Source: the human T2T-CHM13v2.0 reference genome, Homo sapiens
DNA length: 64,000 nucleotides
Assembly (NCBI RefSeq): GCF_009914755.1
Contig: NC_060934.1
Direction: 5' to 3' (one strand)
Shown in pieces: positions 1-12,773 of the stretch. The notes beneath the pieces were generated by a model. It was given only the letters and a program-made list of their open reading frames with translations. It was not told the origin of the DNA and ran no database searches. The translations under genes were made by a program, and so were the position numbers. Position 1 is the first letter of the stretch, and each line of letters starts with the position of its first letter.

Positions 1-194
1 CTTCCAATTCCAAGGTCAAAGCTTTCTACTGTTACATGCAACTGCTGCAAATAATGTTACCCGCCAGTTACTTTAGTGCTACCAAAAAAGCTCAGGCCTC
101 CCAGAATGAGGTCGACAGGCCCCTGTAGTGTTTTTATTGATTGACTGATTTTTGAAGTGATAACGAAACTTTGTACAGTGTAGTTTGGCAGCTG

Positions 195-413
195 TAGAGT
201 TAGGAAGCCTTGGGGTTCAGATCCCGACTTATCTACTTACTATTTACTTAGCAGAGAGCAAGTTGCTTACTGCCTCTGAACCCCATCTGCCTTTTCTCTC
301 AATGTGGATGACAATACATTTACTTCATAGTGCTGTTGGGGATGAAATAAAATGAGGGATGTGAAATAAGATGATGCATAGTGTCTGGCACATATTAGTG
401 CTCAATGCACAAT
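195..413 (+). mobile_element. MIR SINE (split by the Alu)
   Basis: MIR-like gggttcagatccc...gcaagttgcttactgcctctgaac...gtgtctggcacatattagtgctcaat. Confidence 0.7.
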
Positions 414-414
414 C

Positions 415-712
<298 letters not shown>

Positions 713-1329
713 CTCAATGCATAATAATTATCAATGGTGATTGGCAGAAATTTACAATGCACTGTCACACACAATAGCCTAGGAAGGCTTCAAGACAACA
801 AGCCATTACAGTTATTCCCCTTTTTACAGATGATATCTCTGAATGTCAGTGAGTAAGAGACTCAAGGACATAAAACTGGAACGTTTACACCTTAGGGCAT
901 GAACTCAGGCTATTTGGATTCCTAGTCTTATGCTTTTTTTGCAACCCAATGTTGGTTTTCAGGAGAGAAAGGAGCCGTGGGCAACAAGGCATGCTCAGCG
1001 GAGGTTTAGCTAACCCTCTTAATTTCCATCTTCCCCCCTCTTTGAAACGGTTAATTAATGTTTTCTTAGTCTTATGTAAAGTGCTGTGCAAAGGCAGCTT
1101 TGAGCATACCCTTCTACCATAATTGTCACCCTTAAGCCCTTCCTGTATAGAGATCCTAGAGCCCCACTGGTAAAGAAGTAATATCTGCATAATCAAGTTG
1201 GCTTAAATATGAAGAGAAGACAGTGCCTTAAAGCAGAGCATTCCAGTTTTCTCCCTGAAAAGCCTGTGGATCAAACACCCTTCTTCCAAACTTCCTTCCA
1301 TCCTGACCCACTGCAGTAGCAAAAGACAA

Positions 1330-1482
1330 GGTCACAGCACCCCAGAACCCCAGCTGAGCCCAGCCAAGCTGCAGCTGAGCCACAGACAACCACAGACCTA
1401 TGAGTGAGAACGTATGTTGTTGCAAGTCACTGGGGTTTGGAGTTGTTACACAGCCTTATTACAGCAAAATCTGATTAATATC
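1330..1482 (+). mobile_element. MaLR (MLT1-type) LTR fragment
   Basis: Typical MLT1 3' end tgttgttgcaagtcactggggtttggagttgttacacagc...ctgattaata. Confidence 0.65.
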
Positions 1483-1510
1483 TGTCACACTGAGGGTGGG
1501 AGGCACTTAC

Positions 1511-1710
1511 CCCGCCACGACGATCTCAAAGTCCCCATCATGGTCCACATCAGTAACTGCCACACCATAGTTGAGCTGGGTGGGATTACTGTCATAGTCA
1601 GGAGGCAGAACTGAGTTGGTGACTGCAGTGAACATGGGTTCAGCCCGCTGGGACCCCTCAGTGATGGGCAGAAACCAGAGCAGCAGCAGGAACGGTAACA
1701 TCCTGGACAT
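1511..1710 (-). CDS. CRTAC1: CRTAC1 coding exon 2 (200 nt): signal peptide MSRMLPFLLLLWFLPITEG and first FG-GAP repeat with DVDHDGDFE Ca-binding motif
   Basis: Acceptor tttgtcacttttggtttcag|ATG at 1710 and donor GCG GG|GTAAGT at 1511/1510. Translation MSRMLPFLLLLWFLPITEGSQRAEPMFTAVTNSVLPPDYDSNPTQLNYGVAVTDVDHDGDFEIVVAG is recognisably CRTAC1 and is in frame with exon 1. Confidence 0.97.
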
Positions 1711-1879
1711 CTGAAACCAAAAGTGACAAATGTTACCGAAAGAACCTGTAACCAAAGCAATCCCGGAACATTAAAGTCCTGGGTAGGCCCAGAGTGCCTT
1801 TCTCTCCCATTCATGGAGAGCTTGACAGTGCCTAGGCTGCTGGCTTTCCACAAGCCCTGCCCTCCCCTCCCTTGCCCTC

Positions 1880-2150
1880 CCCACCCTCATTGAAACTGCA
1901 ACCTGACTCCATCATGGCTGATCGCCCTTAGCCTGCTCTGCTTTTTCTTTTTCTACAGCATCTATCATTGTGTGATGTTTGGTATAATTTACTTATGATT
2001 ACACTTATTATTTATTGTGTGCCTCCCTCTGCTAGAGTGTAAGCTCCACTTGGGCAAGGATCTCTGTTTTATTCACTGATATGCAGCAAGCCAAAGGTAG
2101 TTCACATAATAGGCACTTCTTTCCTTCATTTATTTCATATTTGTGGAAGG
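1880..2150 (+). mobile_element. L2 3' fragment
   Basis: ttattgtgtgcctccctctgctagagtgtaagctccacttgggcaaggatctctgttttattcactgat resembles the L2 3' end. Confidence 0.7.
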
Positions 2151-4554
2151 AAGGAAAGGAGGGAGGAAGGGAGGGAGATGGGGAGGGAAAGGTATAAATA
2201 CAAAGGCATTTCCCATACTCTGGGAGAAAGACTGGGCGAATGAAGAACCTAACAGCTCTCAAACAATGCAGAGTTTGGGTGAGACCCTCATGAGTATCCA
2301 GATCTAGAACAATAATAGATGCAATGAAAGACTGTTCTCCTGTGGTACATACTCCAGAGGTAGCCAGGGGGAATATGTGACTTGGCAGGTTCCTCATGCC
2401 AACATCCCTCCCTAGGGCAGCTGGCCATCACCTCCAGACCAAGAAGCAGTCAGTTAGGGGAGGCGTTCCAGCAGGATCTGGCGGATAGCACATCATTCAC
2501 TTGGAGAAATTAAACCATTGCGTGCGTGTTTTATTATAAATTAATTATGTATAATGCATTGTATAATTCATTATTATATCTCTAACATAACTCAGGGTGT
2601 TGCCAAGTAGCCTGGGGCCATGGGAGCCTGTGGCACACACCCAGGAGACAGATGAAAATGGCCAAGGAGGTGGAGGGATTCCACCCCCCTTGAGTGAAAG
2701 CAAGGGAGACACTTGGAACGCTGCAGATGGCACCACCCTGAGACTACCTGCAGGCCTAGAATCAGCACTCATGAAATGTTTTAAAGGCTCTGCTGGAAGG
2801 AGGCCCACAAAGGCTGCATGGGTCTAGTCCCAGCAGGCAAAGCGGTACTTTCCTGCCTTCAGAAGGTAGCAGACCTCTTCTAGATGGAACTTTTCCTGCT
2901 GGCTTGTCAGTGCATCTGGCAGCCAAGAGCAAGGCTGACTGAGGCTGATGTCTTAATGAAGGGAAGAGCAAGGAAGATCTGAAGACTTTCTCCCCATATG
3001 GAGACAGATGCTCCTGCCAGCAAATGAGCTTGCTGTTCAAGGACCCAGAGACCAAAATGAAGGGGCTGGGCACTGCCTTCAGAGCCAGACGTGATTCAGG
3101 AGCCTCCTGAATGCCTTGCTGGAGAGGCTGGGGAGAGACACAGGGGCAAGGCTCCAATTGCAGGGCAGAAACTGGGAAGGAGGTTCTTGTAGTGTGTTCA
3201 CAGGGCACATGTGGGGTGTGGCACTACCAAACTGAGGTCATTCCAAATTACAGAGATGTCTGAATGAGACAGCATCTTCTACTGGGTTTTCTAATCACTA
3301 AAGACAAATGCATCATGAATCACTACAAGAGCTCTGCAACTTGGCAGGAACTTTGATTGGATAAAGGAAACTCATAATTGGATTAATGAGCAGCTGGGTG
3401 GGGATGGGGGAGGAAATGGGAAACTAAAGAGTATTTAATAACCAGTGTCGACATGCCGAAATGTAGCATGGATCTGAAGGTCATTGGACTTTTCAAGGGG
3501 TGACCTCTATTGTAGTGAATGGCAAAGGAGTTTCAATTTGAGGGCCAAATCCAATTGACTGGCAGTGGCTGGAAAGAGTGCTGTGATCAGCTTACAACAT
3601 CAGCAATGGGCATGGAAGAGAAAAGTGGCATCTAACATGTCTTTTCGAAGCTAGTTAGTTCTTCCCAGGCACCACATCTGCAATTTGGGTCACGGCCACC
3701 AGGGAGGCTGGCCCCATTCAGGTAATATGAGCCTAAAAGTTCTAATCATTAGAACCTTTCCAGTGAAGGCCCTAAGAGTCAAGAATTATGATCTAGCCTC
3801 TTTAGTTTTACCTTTTCTTTTAATTAAAGAAGACATACGAAAGAAGTAGCTGCTGTGTTATCCGTTTCCAGATAAATAACCTAAAGCAAGATGAGAAAGA
3901 AATAATGCACCCATTGGCTGACCTCTATTTTGCTTGGGTGACCTTAAAACAAGTCACAACCTCTTTGGGTCTCAGCTTTCTTCTCCAAAATAAAGGTTTG
4001 GAGTTCTCTAAAGGTCCTTTCTGGCTCTAAAATTCTATGATGAATTAAAAGATTTTGTTTTTTGGATGCAGACCTTCAACAGTTTTTTCCCTCCTAAGCT
4101 GCTTCTATAAACTTCAGGCCAACCCATGTGGTTTTCCTTTCTAAGGATATTAAACATATTTTGAACAAGACAAGCTTTTCAGCAGGGTTCTACAGTAGTT
4201 GCCTCACAAGGGCCAAGGCCAGAGAGGAGCAAGCCATCATTAGTGTGGATCCTGAACTCACCCAGCATGAGTAGACCAGTGGTTGGCCTCCCCATGAGAC
4301 CAGGGAGAGAGTGGGGCAGGGAGAATAAGTCCTTTACATTTCATTCCTCTGCCATGCCAAAGGCACCCAATGCACCCACCGGGCTTCTCAGTACCAGTTG
4401 AAAAGTCAGGGATAAGCAGTGGGCTGTCTTGATGGCGTATTTTTTGGGCAATGGTTACGGTGAGGAAGCTTAGAAGAAGGTCTGTAAATATAATATTTAC
4501 CCTCTTTTTGGGGGGTTCAGATAAAGGAAATCATTTAAATGCTCTTCTCCACCC

Positions 4555-4716
4555 TGGCTACTCAGAGCAGTCGGCAGACCAGTGCATCGGCATCACTTAG
4601 GAGCTTGTTGGAAATGCAGAATCTTGGATCCCACTCCAGACTTAATAAATCAGAATCTGCATTTTAACAAGATTTCAGATTATTCCAATGTGTGTTAAAA
4701 TTTGAGAAACACTGCT
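4555..4716. mobile_element. MER5A (hAT-Charlie MITE)
   Basis: gcatcggcatcacttaggagcttgttggaaatgcagaatc...aaatcagaatctgcattttaacaagat...tttgagaaacactg. Confidence 0.8.
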
Positions 4717-6072
4717 CAATCTTGGCTGTGCATTGGAATCATCTGGGGAGCTTTAAAAAAATTCTCATGCCTGACAATAGTTTCTTGGATAAGACAGCAA
4801 AAGCACAGGCAACAAAAGAAAAAATAGCTAAAACAGACTGCATGAAAATTAAAAACTTTTGTACATCCAAGGACACTATCAAAAGAGTGAAAAGAGGACT
4901 CACAGAATGGGAGAAAATATTTGCAAATCATATATCTAACAAGGTATTAATATCCAGAATATATAAAGAACTCCTACAACTCAACAACAAAAAAACTAAA
5001 CAACCTGACTCAAAACAAATGACTTGAATAGACATTTCTCCGAAGATATACAAATGCTCAATAAGTACATGAAACATCACTAATCATTAGGGATATGCAA
5101 ATCGAAACCACAATGAGATACCATTTCACACCCATTAGGATGGCTGTAATAAAAAACAAAAACAGAAAAAAAGTGTTGGTGAGGATGTAGAGAAATTGGA
5201 ATCCTTGTGCACTGCTGGCAGAAATGTAAAATAATGCAGCTGCTGTGAAAAACAGTATGGCAATTCCTCAAAAAATTCCAATTAGAATTGTCATATGATC
5301 TAGCAATTCCACTTGGGCATATACACAAAAGAATTGAGAAAAGAGACATGAACAGATATTTGTATACCCATGTTCATAGAAGTATTATTCACAATAGCCA
5401 AAAGGCAGAAGCATCCCAAGTGTCCATCAACGGTTGAATGGATAAACAAAATGTGATATATGCATACAGTGCAATATTATTCAGCTTTAAAAATGAAGGA
5501 ATTGCTTTTATATAGGAAGAAAGAAAAAATAAAAAATAAATAAAAGGAAAGAAATTCGGACACAGAGTACAAGGTGGGTAAATCTTGAAGACATTATGCT
5601 AAGTGAAATAAGCCAGTCGCAAAGGGACAAACACTGTATGTTCCACTTCTACGAGGTGTCCAGAGTAGTCAGATTCATAGAGGTAGAAAGCAGAATGGTG
5701 GTTGCCAGGGGCTGGGTATAGGGGGAAATGGGAGTTAGTGTTTAGTGGATTATGGAGTTTCCATATGGGAAGATGAAGAAGTTCTGAAGGTAGATGGTGG
5801 TGATGGTTGTACAACAATGTTAACGTACATAACATCACTAAAGTATATACTTAAATATGGTTAAAATTGCAAATTTTATGTTCTGTGTATTTCATCACAA
5901 TAAAAAAATACTAATGCCTGGGTCTCATCTCAAGATATTCTGACTTAACTGGCACAGTATATGTAGCAAGGGCACCAAATTTTTGTTGCTGTTAATATAT
6001 AATCATGGGATATCAGATTTTTAAAAGCTCCCACATGATTCTAATATGTTGCAAAATTTGATGAGCAGTGCT
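4717..6072. mobile_element. MER5B split by an L1 insertion
   Basis: Left part ggctgtgcattggaatcatctggggagctttaaaaaa..atgcctg (4717-4773); resumes ggtctc..tttttaaaagctcccacatgattctaatatg (5921-6072). Confidence 0.65.
4774..5901 (+). mobile_element. 5'-truncated L1 (L1MB-type): ORF2 C-terminal remnant and 3' UTR
   Basis: Translates to L1 ORF2-like KAQATKEKI..KIKNFCTSKDTIKRVKR..EWEKIFANHIS; L1MB-like 3' end; 19-bp TSD aaaaaaat(t/a)ct(c/a)atgcctg at 4755-4773 and 5902-5920. Confidence 0.92.
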
Positions 6073-6077
6073 CTATA

Positions 6078-6245
6078 TCAGTGCCTCTCAAACTTTAATG
6101 TGTGTATGAATCACCTGGTGGTCTTGTTAGAATGCAGATTCTGATTCAATAATTCTGCAGTGGAGCACAAGATTCTATATTTCTAACAAGCTCCCAGGTG
6201 GTGGTGGTGATATTGGTCCATAAACTACACATCGAATACCAGGTT
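6078..6245. mobile_element. MER5A
   Basis: cagtgcctctcaaactttaatgtgtgtatgaatcacctgg..cttgttagaatgcagattctgattca. Confidence 0.75.
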
Positions 6246-6794
6246 CCATACTGTAGCTCCCAGAGTCCTGAAACCAGGCTATATACTACAGTGAAGGCAC
6301 GAGATTGGTTTAAGAACATTCTCCTCTGCCTCTGGATCTAAGGAGCTGAAATCAATCCTAGGTTATGCAATCTCCAGAGCTGCCCAGGCTCAGTTTATCT
6401 TTACACACTCAAAGTGCTGGCTGTCTTCAGCTCAAGATCAAAGTACCACAATTGACAAGGAGTGACAAAGAGGGATTCTGACTCTAATTTTTATGAAGAG
6501 GTGAGAAGGGGAAAGGGTTGATGCTGCAGAGAGGGTCAGGTCAAGGAGATGAAGGACAGCTCCCATCAAAGGGCAGAGTCTAGGAAGAAGGGGTTCTGGG
6601 TAGGAATTTGCAGGCCAAGATAGAAACATATGCCACTGTGTTCCCAGAAACCATCATAGTGCCTGGTACCTAGCAGGCGCTCTGTTAATATGTGTTAAGT
6701 AAGCGCGGGAATGAGTATGTCCAATTGATAACATGAATCAACAGAAACTGCTTGCAATTTGTCATAGGTGTTTAAAAGCCGTTCTTCCTCTAAA

Positions 6795-7120
6795 GAAATG
6801 CTCCTCAAAAGGCAATGTGCTTACCAATCACCTGAGGGTCATGTTGAAAATACAGATTCGGATTTGGTAGGTGTGGGGTGGTCCCTGAGAGCCTGCATTC
6901 CCAGGAAGTTGTCAGGTGATATGAGACTCTAGGCTGGCGGCTCTGAACCCTAGCTGCCCAACAGAACCACCTCGGGTGGAGGTGTTTAGAAATATGCCAC
7001 CACCCAGGTCCCTTACCCAGTTTCTGATTGAACTGGTCTGAGGTGGGAGTTTGAGTGCTGTGTATTTTTAGAAGCTGCTCAGATCATGTTAATGGACAGT
7101 CTGGGCTGAGAACCACTGCC
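6795..7120. mobile_element. Adjacent MER5A and MER5B remnants
   Basis: aatcacctgagggtcatgttgaaaatacagattc... followed by ...tttctgattgaactggtctgaggtggg...gggctgagaaccactg. Confidence 0.6.
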
Positions 7121-7912
7121 CCAGCCTTGTGGTCCCCAGATGGGAAGCTGCAATCTGATTTGAAGTGAGAAATGTTTCTGCTACCCAAATTCATCACCGG
7201 CTGGTTGAAGTCTATAAAGAAAACCTATTTATCTAGGGAGTGTCAGAGGAGGAGGGGGGATATAAAGTTTTGGGGGAAAAGCAGAGCAGGATGACACTGC
7301 CTGAAACAGAAGAGCAGCTGGCACCCGGAGTGACCTCGCATTTTGTGTGGCTGACTCAGGGAGCCTCTTGTCACACCACTGTGAACATCTGAATCCTTGG
7401 GGAGAATGGTAGAAAGGTTAAAAATAGAATGAAAAAGTAGGTTGAACTGAACTGTTTTGTTTTCTTGAATGCTTGTGTATCAAGCACCTACTATGTATTA
7501 GAGCACTGGGAGTAGCACTCCCCGGCAGGAGTAGCACTAGAGAAGTACACAGTACACAGTACTCCATGCAGAGATGTGGAAGGTCCTAGGAGTGCAAAGA
7601 TGAATAAAACCCAGCCTTTGCCTTCAAGGAGCTCTCCCAACAATCAGCGGAGCAGCCATGTGATCTCAGGTGTAACACCCCGTGTAAAGGCAATGGGAGG
7701 CTATCCAGGTAAAGCAGCCCAGACAAGGCGAAGCTAAATATCAAAGGCAGAGGGGCACAGGGCCAGAGCGCAGGGTGCCTCGGTAAGGGATGTGGGCTTC
7801 TCCTGCAGGGGAGATGTGCGGAGGGGGAAAAGAAGGGACTTCATAAGGGCCAGAGATGGGAAAACTTGTGTTTCAAGCTGTGAGAAGAATTGTTTTTTAA
7901 TAATAATTTCTT

Positions 7913-8206
7913 TTCTGTTTTTTGAGATAGGGTCTCACTCTGTCAACTAGGCTGGAGTGCAGTAGCATGATCATAGCTCACTGCACTCTCAAACTCCTGG
8001 GCTCAAGCAATTGTCTCACCTCAGCCTCTCAAGTAGCCTAGGACTCCAGTGGGGTGCTAACACTCCTGGCTATTTTTTTTTTTTTTTTGGTGGAGATGGG
8101 GTCTTGCTATGTTGCCCAGGCTGATCTTGAACTTCCTGGGCCCAAGCAATTCTCCACAGTGGCCTTCCAAAGTGCTGAGATTACAGGTGTGAGCCATCGT
8201 ATCTGC
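7913..8206 (-). mobile_element. AluJ
   Basis: Diverged dimeric Alu; TSD taataatttctt at 7901-7912 and 8207-8218. Confidence 0.92.
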
Positions 8207-8219
8207 TAATAATTTCTTA

Positions 8220-8633
<414 letters not shown>

Positions 8634-9718
8634 TTAGCAACCTGGCTTTGGATCTCAACCCTACCACAGCCTAGCTCATGACCTTGGGCCTATTCCTTGA
8701 TCTTGTTGGTCTTTGGTGTCCTCATCTGTACCATGGAGATCGTATGACCTGCCAAGATTTCAAGGGTTAAGTGAGTGACAGGGAAGGCCTCTCCAGGGCC
8801 AGGCAGGCGGCAGCCAACTTGCACGTTCCCCTTCTTTGACGTAGAGAGCTGAAAGGTGAGATAGTCTTTAGACATTAATTGTGGGTTCCATGTAGCCAAA
8901 CTCAGTTTTCTGTGGCCTCAGGACTTTCCTGAATTGGGCCTGGAAACTGGTAACCAAGCAACCTGGATTCTCTGACGTGGGGTCAGGCAGCTGTGGGGAA
9001 AGTCTTCCAGGGCAATTTTCGGGGCAAACAGTTCTTTTGCAATTATGGAAAGAGCCAAGGTCACACCCCAAGCTCTCATAAAAACAAGAAGCCTAAATAT
9101 TTCCGACGTTGGCGACAAGCAGAGAATACACAGCCTTTCAGACACTTGTAGGAGGGCTGAGACATGAAGGAGAGAGGCAGCCACGGGAACACTGCCCCAC
9201 ACAGGCTGGGCCACCAGCTCCACAAAGACACCCACAAAAGAGCTCCTGGAACTCAAGCAACACTGGAGAAGAGCTAACAGGAGCTGCCCTGGGTCTTCAC
9301 CTGTGACAAGACTTCTTGCAGACCCTCGATAACCCTGGCATTGTGCTAGGTGCTAGGGTCACAGCAAGAAAGCTGCTCACCATTTGCAGTACAGGGTGAG
9401 GGGTGCTGCGGAGGAGGGAGCACAGAGAGATGTAAGTTAGCTGGGGGGGGAGCTGGGAAGTGCTTCCTAGAGGGAGGGGTTGTAGCTGGACTCTGAGGAT
9501 GCCATGAAGTTAGCTGGGCAAGGAGAGGCAGGAGGAGGAGCAGGAAGGAAAGCAAAACAGACAGAGAGCCGACTTTGCAAAGGTCAGGAGGACCCAGCCT
9601 TCACCCAGCCTGTCCTTCCCTATCTACAGACCCCGCCGCCTGGCTTATAAGCTAGGAGGCAGCACCCATTTCCCCACATTGCATGTTTCCAGCCAAAGGC
9701 CCTTCCATCAGACTAGAG

Positions 9719-9932
9719 CAGTGGTTCTCCACCACGGCGATTTTGCTGCCCTCTGGCCCTGGGGACTTTTGGCAATATCTGGGGACACTTTTGGTTGTCA
9801 CAACCAGGGAAGAGGTGCTTCTAGAATCTGGTGGGTAGAGGCACAGGATGCTGCTGAACATCCACAATGCACAGGACAGCCCCCACAATTATTCAGCCCA
9901 AAATGTCAACAGTGCTGAGATGGAGAAACCTT
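9719..9932. mobile_element. MER20 (hAT-Charlie)
   Basis: cagtggttctc...ggcaatatctggggacacttttggttgtcacaac...ggatgctgctgaacatccacaatgcacaggacagccccc...gagaaacc; CTAGA-type target sites on both sides. Confidence 0.85.
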
Positions 9933-10669
9933 AGCTAGATTGACATTTTGGGCCTCCGTCTTTACTCTGCTCCCTTCTCCCAAGGGAGGGAGTTTGAAAG
10001 AACTGGTCAGTTTGAAAGAACTGGGATCAAAGAGCCCTCCCTGGACCTGCCTCCCTGCAAGGGCCACTCTGCCATGTGTGGAGCTTGGCCAGGCAAGCTC
10101 TGCCCTGCCCCCACCCACAGAGAAGCCTGCAGTGGGCAGGGATAAGGTGTCAGCAAGCCCCACGGGAGCCTGGCCTGCCAGGCAGCTGCCTCTGGAATAA
10201 AGGTGGCATTTCCCTCTCCACCTGCCTGAGCCCCACCTGTCTTGTCCTTTCTCTTAGTTGGCCCTGAATCTGAGTCGGGGAGTGGGATGCTATTCGCTGG
10301 GCCCCTTCAAACCCCAACACTGTCACTCAGCCTGGAAATCTGGCACCATCTCTGCTGCCTCTTCATTCTTCACACCCACTGGATCCCTGAGTCAATTCTG
10401 CTTCACAAATCTCTCTCAATCCTGCTCAGTTTTTCCACCTTTCCTGTGGGGGATCTGCCCCTTTCTCACTCACCTGAACAATAGCAATACCTGCTAACTG
10501 CTTCTGTCTCTCCTCTCCCCTCCTCCCACTTCCACACGCTGTCAGAGCTCCCTTCCTAAATCTCAGAGTGGGTCGTGTGGATCTTCATATGGACTCTGGA
10601 CACCAGACACACAGAGAGGCACATAATTGATATTTTGCATAGCAAGTACTATACGAGGAATGGATAGTA

Positions 10670-10915
10670 ACAATAATAATACATATCTACCACTGACCAT
10701 GTGCCAGGCATTACTCTAACCCTTCACATAAGTAACCCACTTAATACACATAGTAAGCCTGTGAGAGAAGAACTACCACTGTCCGCATTTTACAGATAAG
10801 AAAACTAAGGCACAGAGAGGGTAAGTAACTTGCCCAAGGTCACACAGCTAGTACCTGGTGGATCCAGGATGTGTGTCTAAGCAAATGAGCTCCAGAATTC
10901 TTCAGCACCATACTG
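10670..10915 (-). mobile_element. Near full-length MIR
   Basis: cattttacagataagaaaactaaggcacagagagggtaagtaacttgcccaaggtcacacagctagt MIR core. Confidence 0.85.
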
Positions 10916-11376
10916 AATAGTTTCTCTTATGACATCAAATTTGTCTTAACCATGAGATGGGAGCACAGTGAAAGGAGCAACCACCTCTGCCTGGGGAAGC
11001 TGGGGAAGGCCTAAGAGGCAACGCCAAGTGGGCCAGAGGAACAAGGTGGAGAGAGTGTTCCAGGCTGAGGGGAGCAGGTGCATGGGAGATGTGCAGGTTT
11101 GTGTAGTGCAGTGAGGCTCTGCAGTGCAGACTCGGGGCAGGGGCAGGACACCTGGTGGGAAGGAGTGCAGCAAAGGAGGCTGGAAAAGACCTTGGAAGCC
11201 TTGTGAGTGACACAGGCCCAGTGGGCCAGGGAATGCCATGGCTGGAGTGGTGTGTTAGAAGGAATACTGTGTCAGTACAGTGTGAAGAAGGTCATGAGAA
11301 AGCTGGGCTGGAAGCAAAGAAGCCAGTTAGGAGGCAAATACTGTGGCCCAAGTGAGCAAGAACACTGGAGGCCACT

Positions 11377-11490
11377 ATTCACTCATTCATTCATTCATTC
11401 ATTCATTCATTCAGTATTTCTTGTGCACCTACTCTATGTCAGGTACCGCTCTGGGCACTAGGAAAACAGCTGAGAACAAGATGAAGTTTT
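11377..11490 (-). mobile_element. L2 3' end with (TCAT)n tail
   Basis: (attc)n followed by gcacctactctatgtcaggtaccgctctgggcactagg. Confidence 0.7.
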
Positions 11491-12445
11491 GGTAATGTAT
11501 GGCATTAGCATACATTCTAATGTTTCTGTTTCTCCACCCTGTCCCCCACCCTTGTCCTCTGTATTGCCAGCCTAAGAGACAAACTCCAGACCTCTACAAC
11601 TCCCTACCCCCCAGAAGGTGGCATGTTTCATGCATTTTCCCCAGCACCAAGAAAATGTAAGAATTCCTCTTCCTCCCCTCTACCTGGAGACAGCTCTAGA
11701 CACTGCCTGCAGCAGCACTCATAGACAGGAGACTTGGGCTTGCTCCAGAAAAAGGCAGACAAAACCTCGGGGGACCCAGGTGAGGAAGTGCCACAGAGGC
11801 CAGTGGGCTAATGAAATGGTGTTTCTGAAAGTGAGAGGACAAATGGAATCTCCTAGCCTTATGCAGAAGTCACAGCAGGTTCTTAATAGGTACTATTAAC
11901 TGCTCAGACTTCCCGTTCTGTAAAATGGGAAATAATGTTTATCGGGTTGCCATGAGAATGAAATGAGGTGAATGTATGTTAAGTGCTGAGCATAATGCCT
12001 GGCATAGAGAAAGTCCACACGTGGTAGGTAACAGTACCAATAATCACACCATTACTACTAGTAATAAATGTTTGTGAGATGCATGAATGCATCTCAGGTG
12101 AGGGAGTCCAGGCCTGCTCGGTGCTCCCCTTCCAGGAGTAGTTGCCAAATGTTGAATGGAATGCTCTGGGCTATGAGACTTTGAGGAATAGGTTTGCTTC
12201 TGTAACTAATTTGTCTAGGGGACCCTGATGGAGTTCTTTGACTCCTTAAATACTGCTTCCTAAGCACAGAACCCCTTAGCATGCTATGCTATACACATTA
12301 ATTCTTCAAACATTGAGAAGATGCCTATGGGCCACGTTAGAAATGATGAAAAAGACGTGGTCCCTGACCTCAAGGAGCTTACAATCTACCAGGGGTGAGA
12401 CACAATTCAGTGGGATAACCTCAGAGTAGAAACAGGTACAAAGTA

Positions 12446-12773
<328 letters not shown>

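Noticed and set aside
1711-1755. N-terminal extension MVTGSFGNICHFWFQ of the exon-2 ORF
   Set aside because: This is the intronic branch point/polypyrimidine tract upstream of the CAG acceptor, and it starts at a non-ATG codon.
3678-3712. CTCF-like tgcaat..ggccaccagggaggc
   Set aside because: An extra A disrupts the GGC core; much weaker than the sites at 18.7 and 32.0 kb.
4692-5027. 111-aa ORF with L1 ORF2 similarity
   Set aside because: Remnant of a 5'-truncated old L1 fused by chance to MER5 sequence; not a gene.
10901-10920. TTCAGCACC RE1 left half site (another at ~61880)
   Set aside because: No GGACAG right half at a suitable spacing; both lie in repeats.
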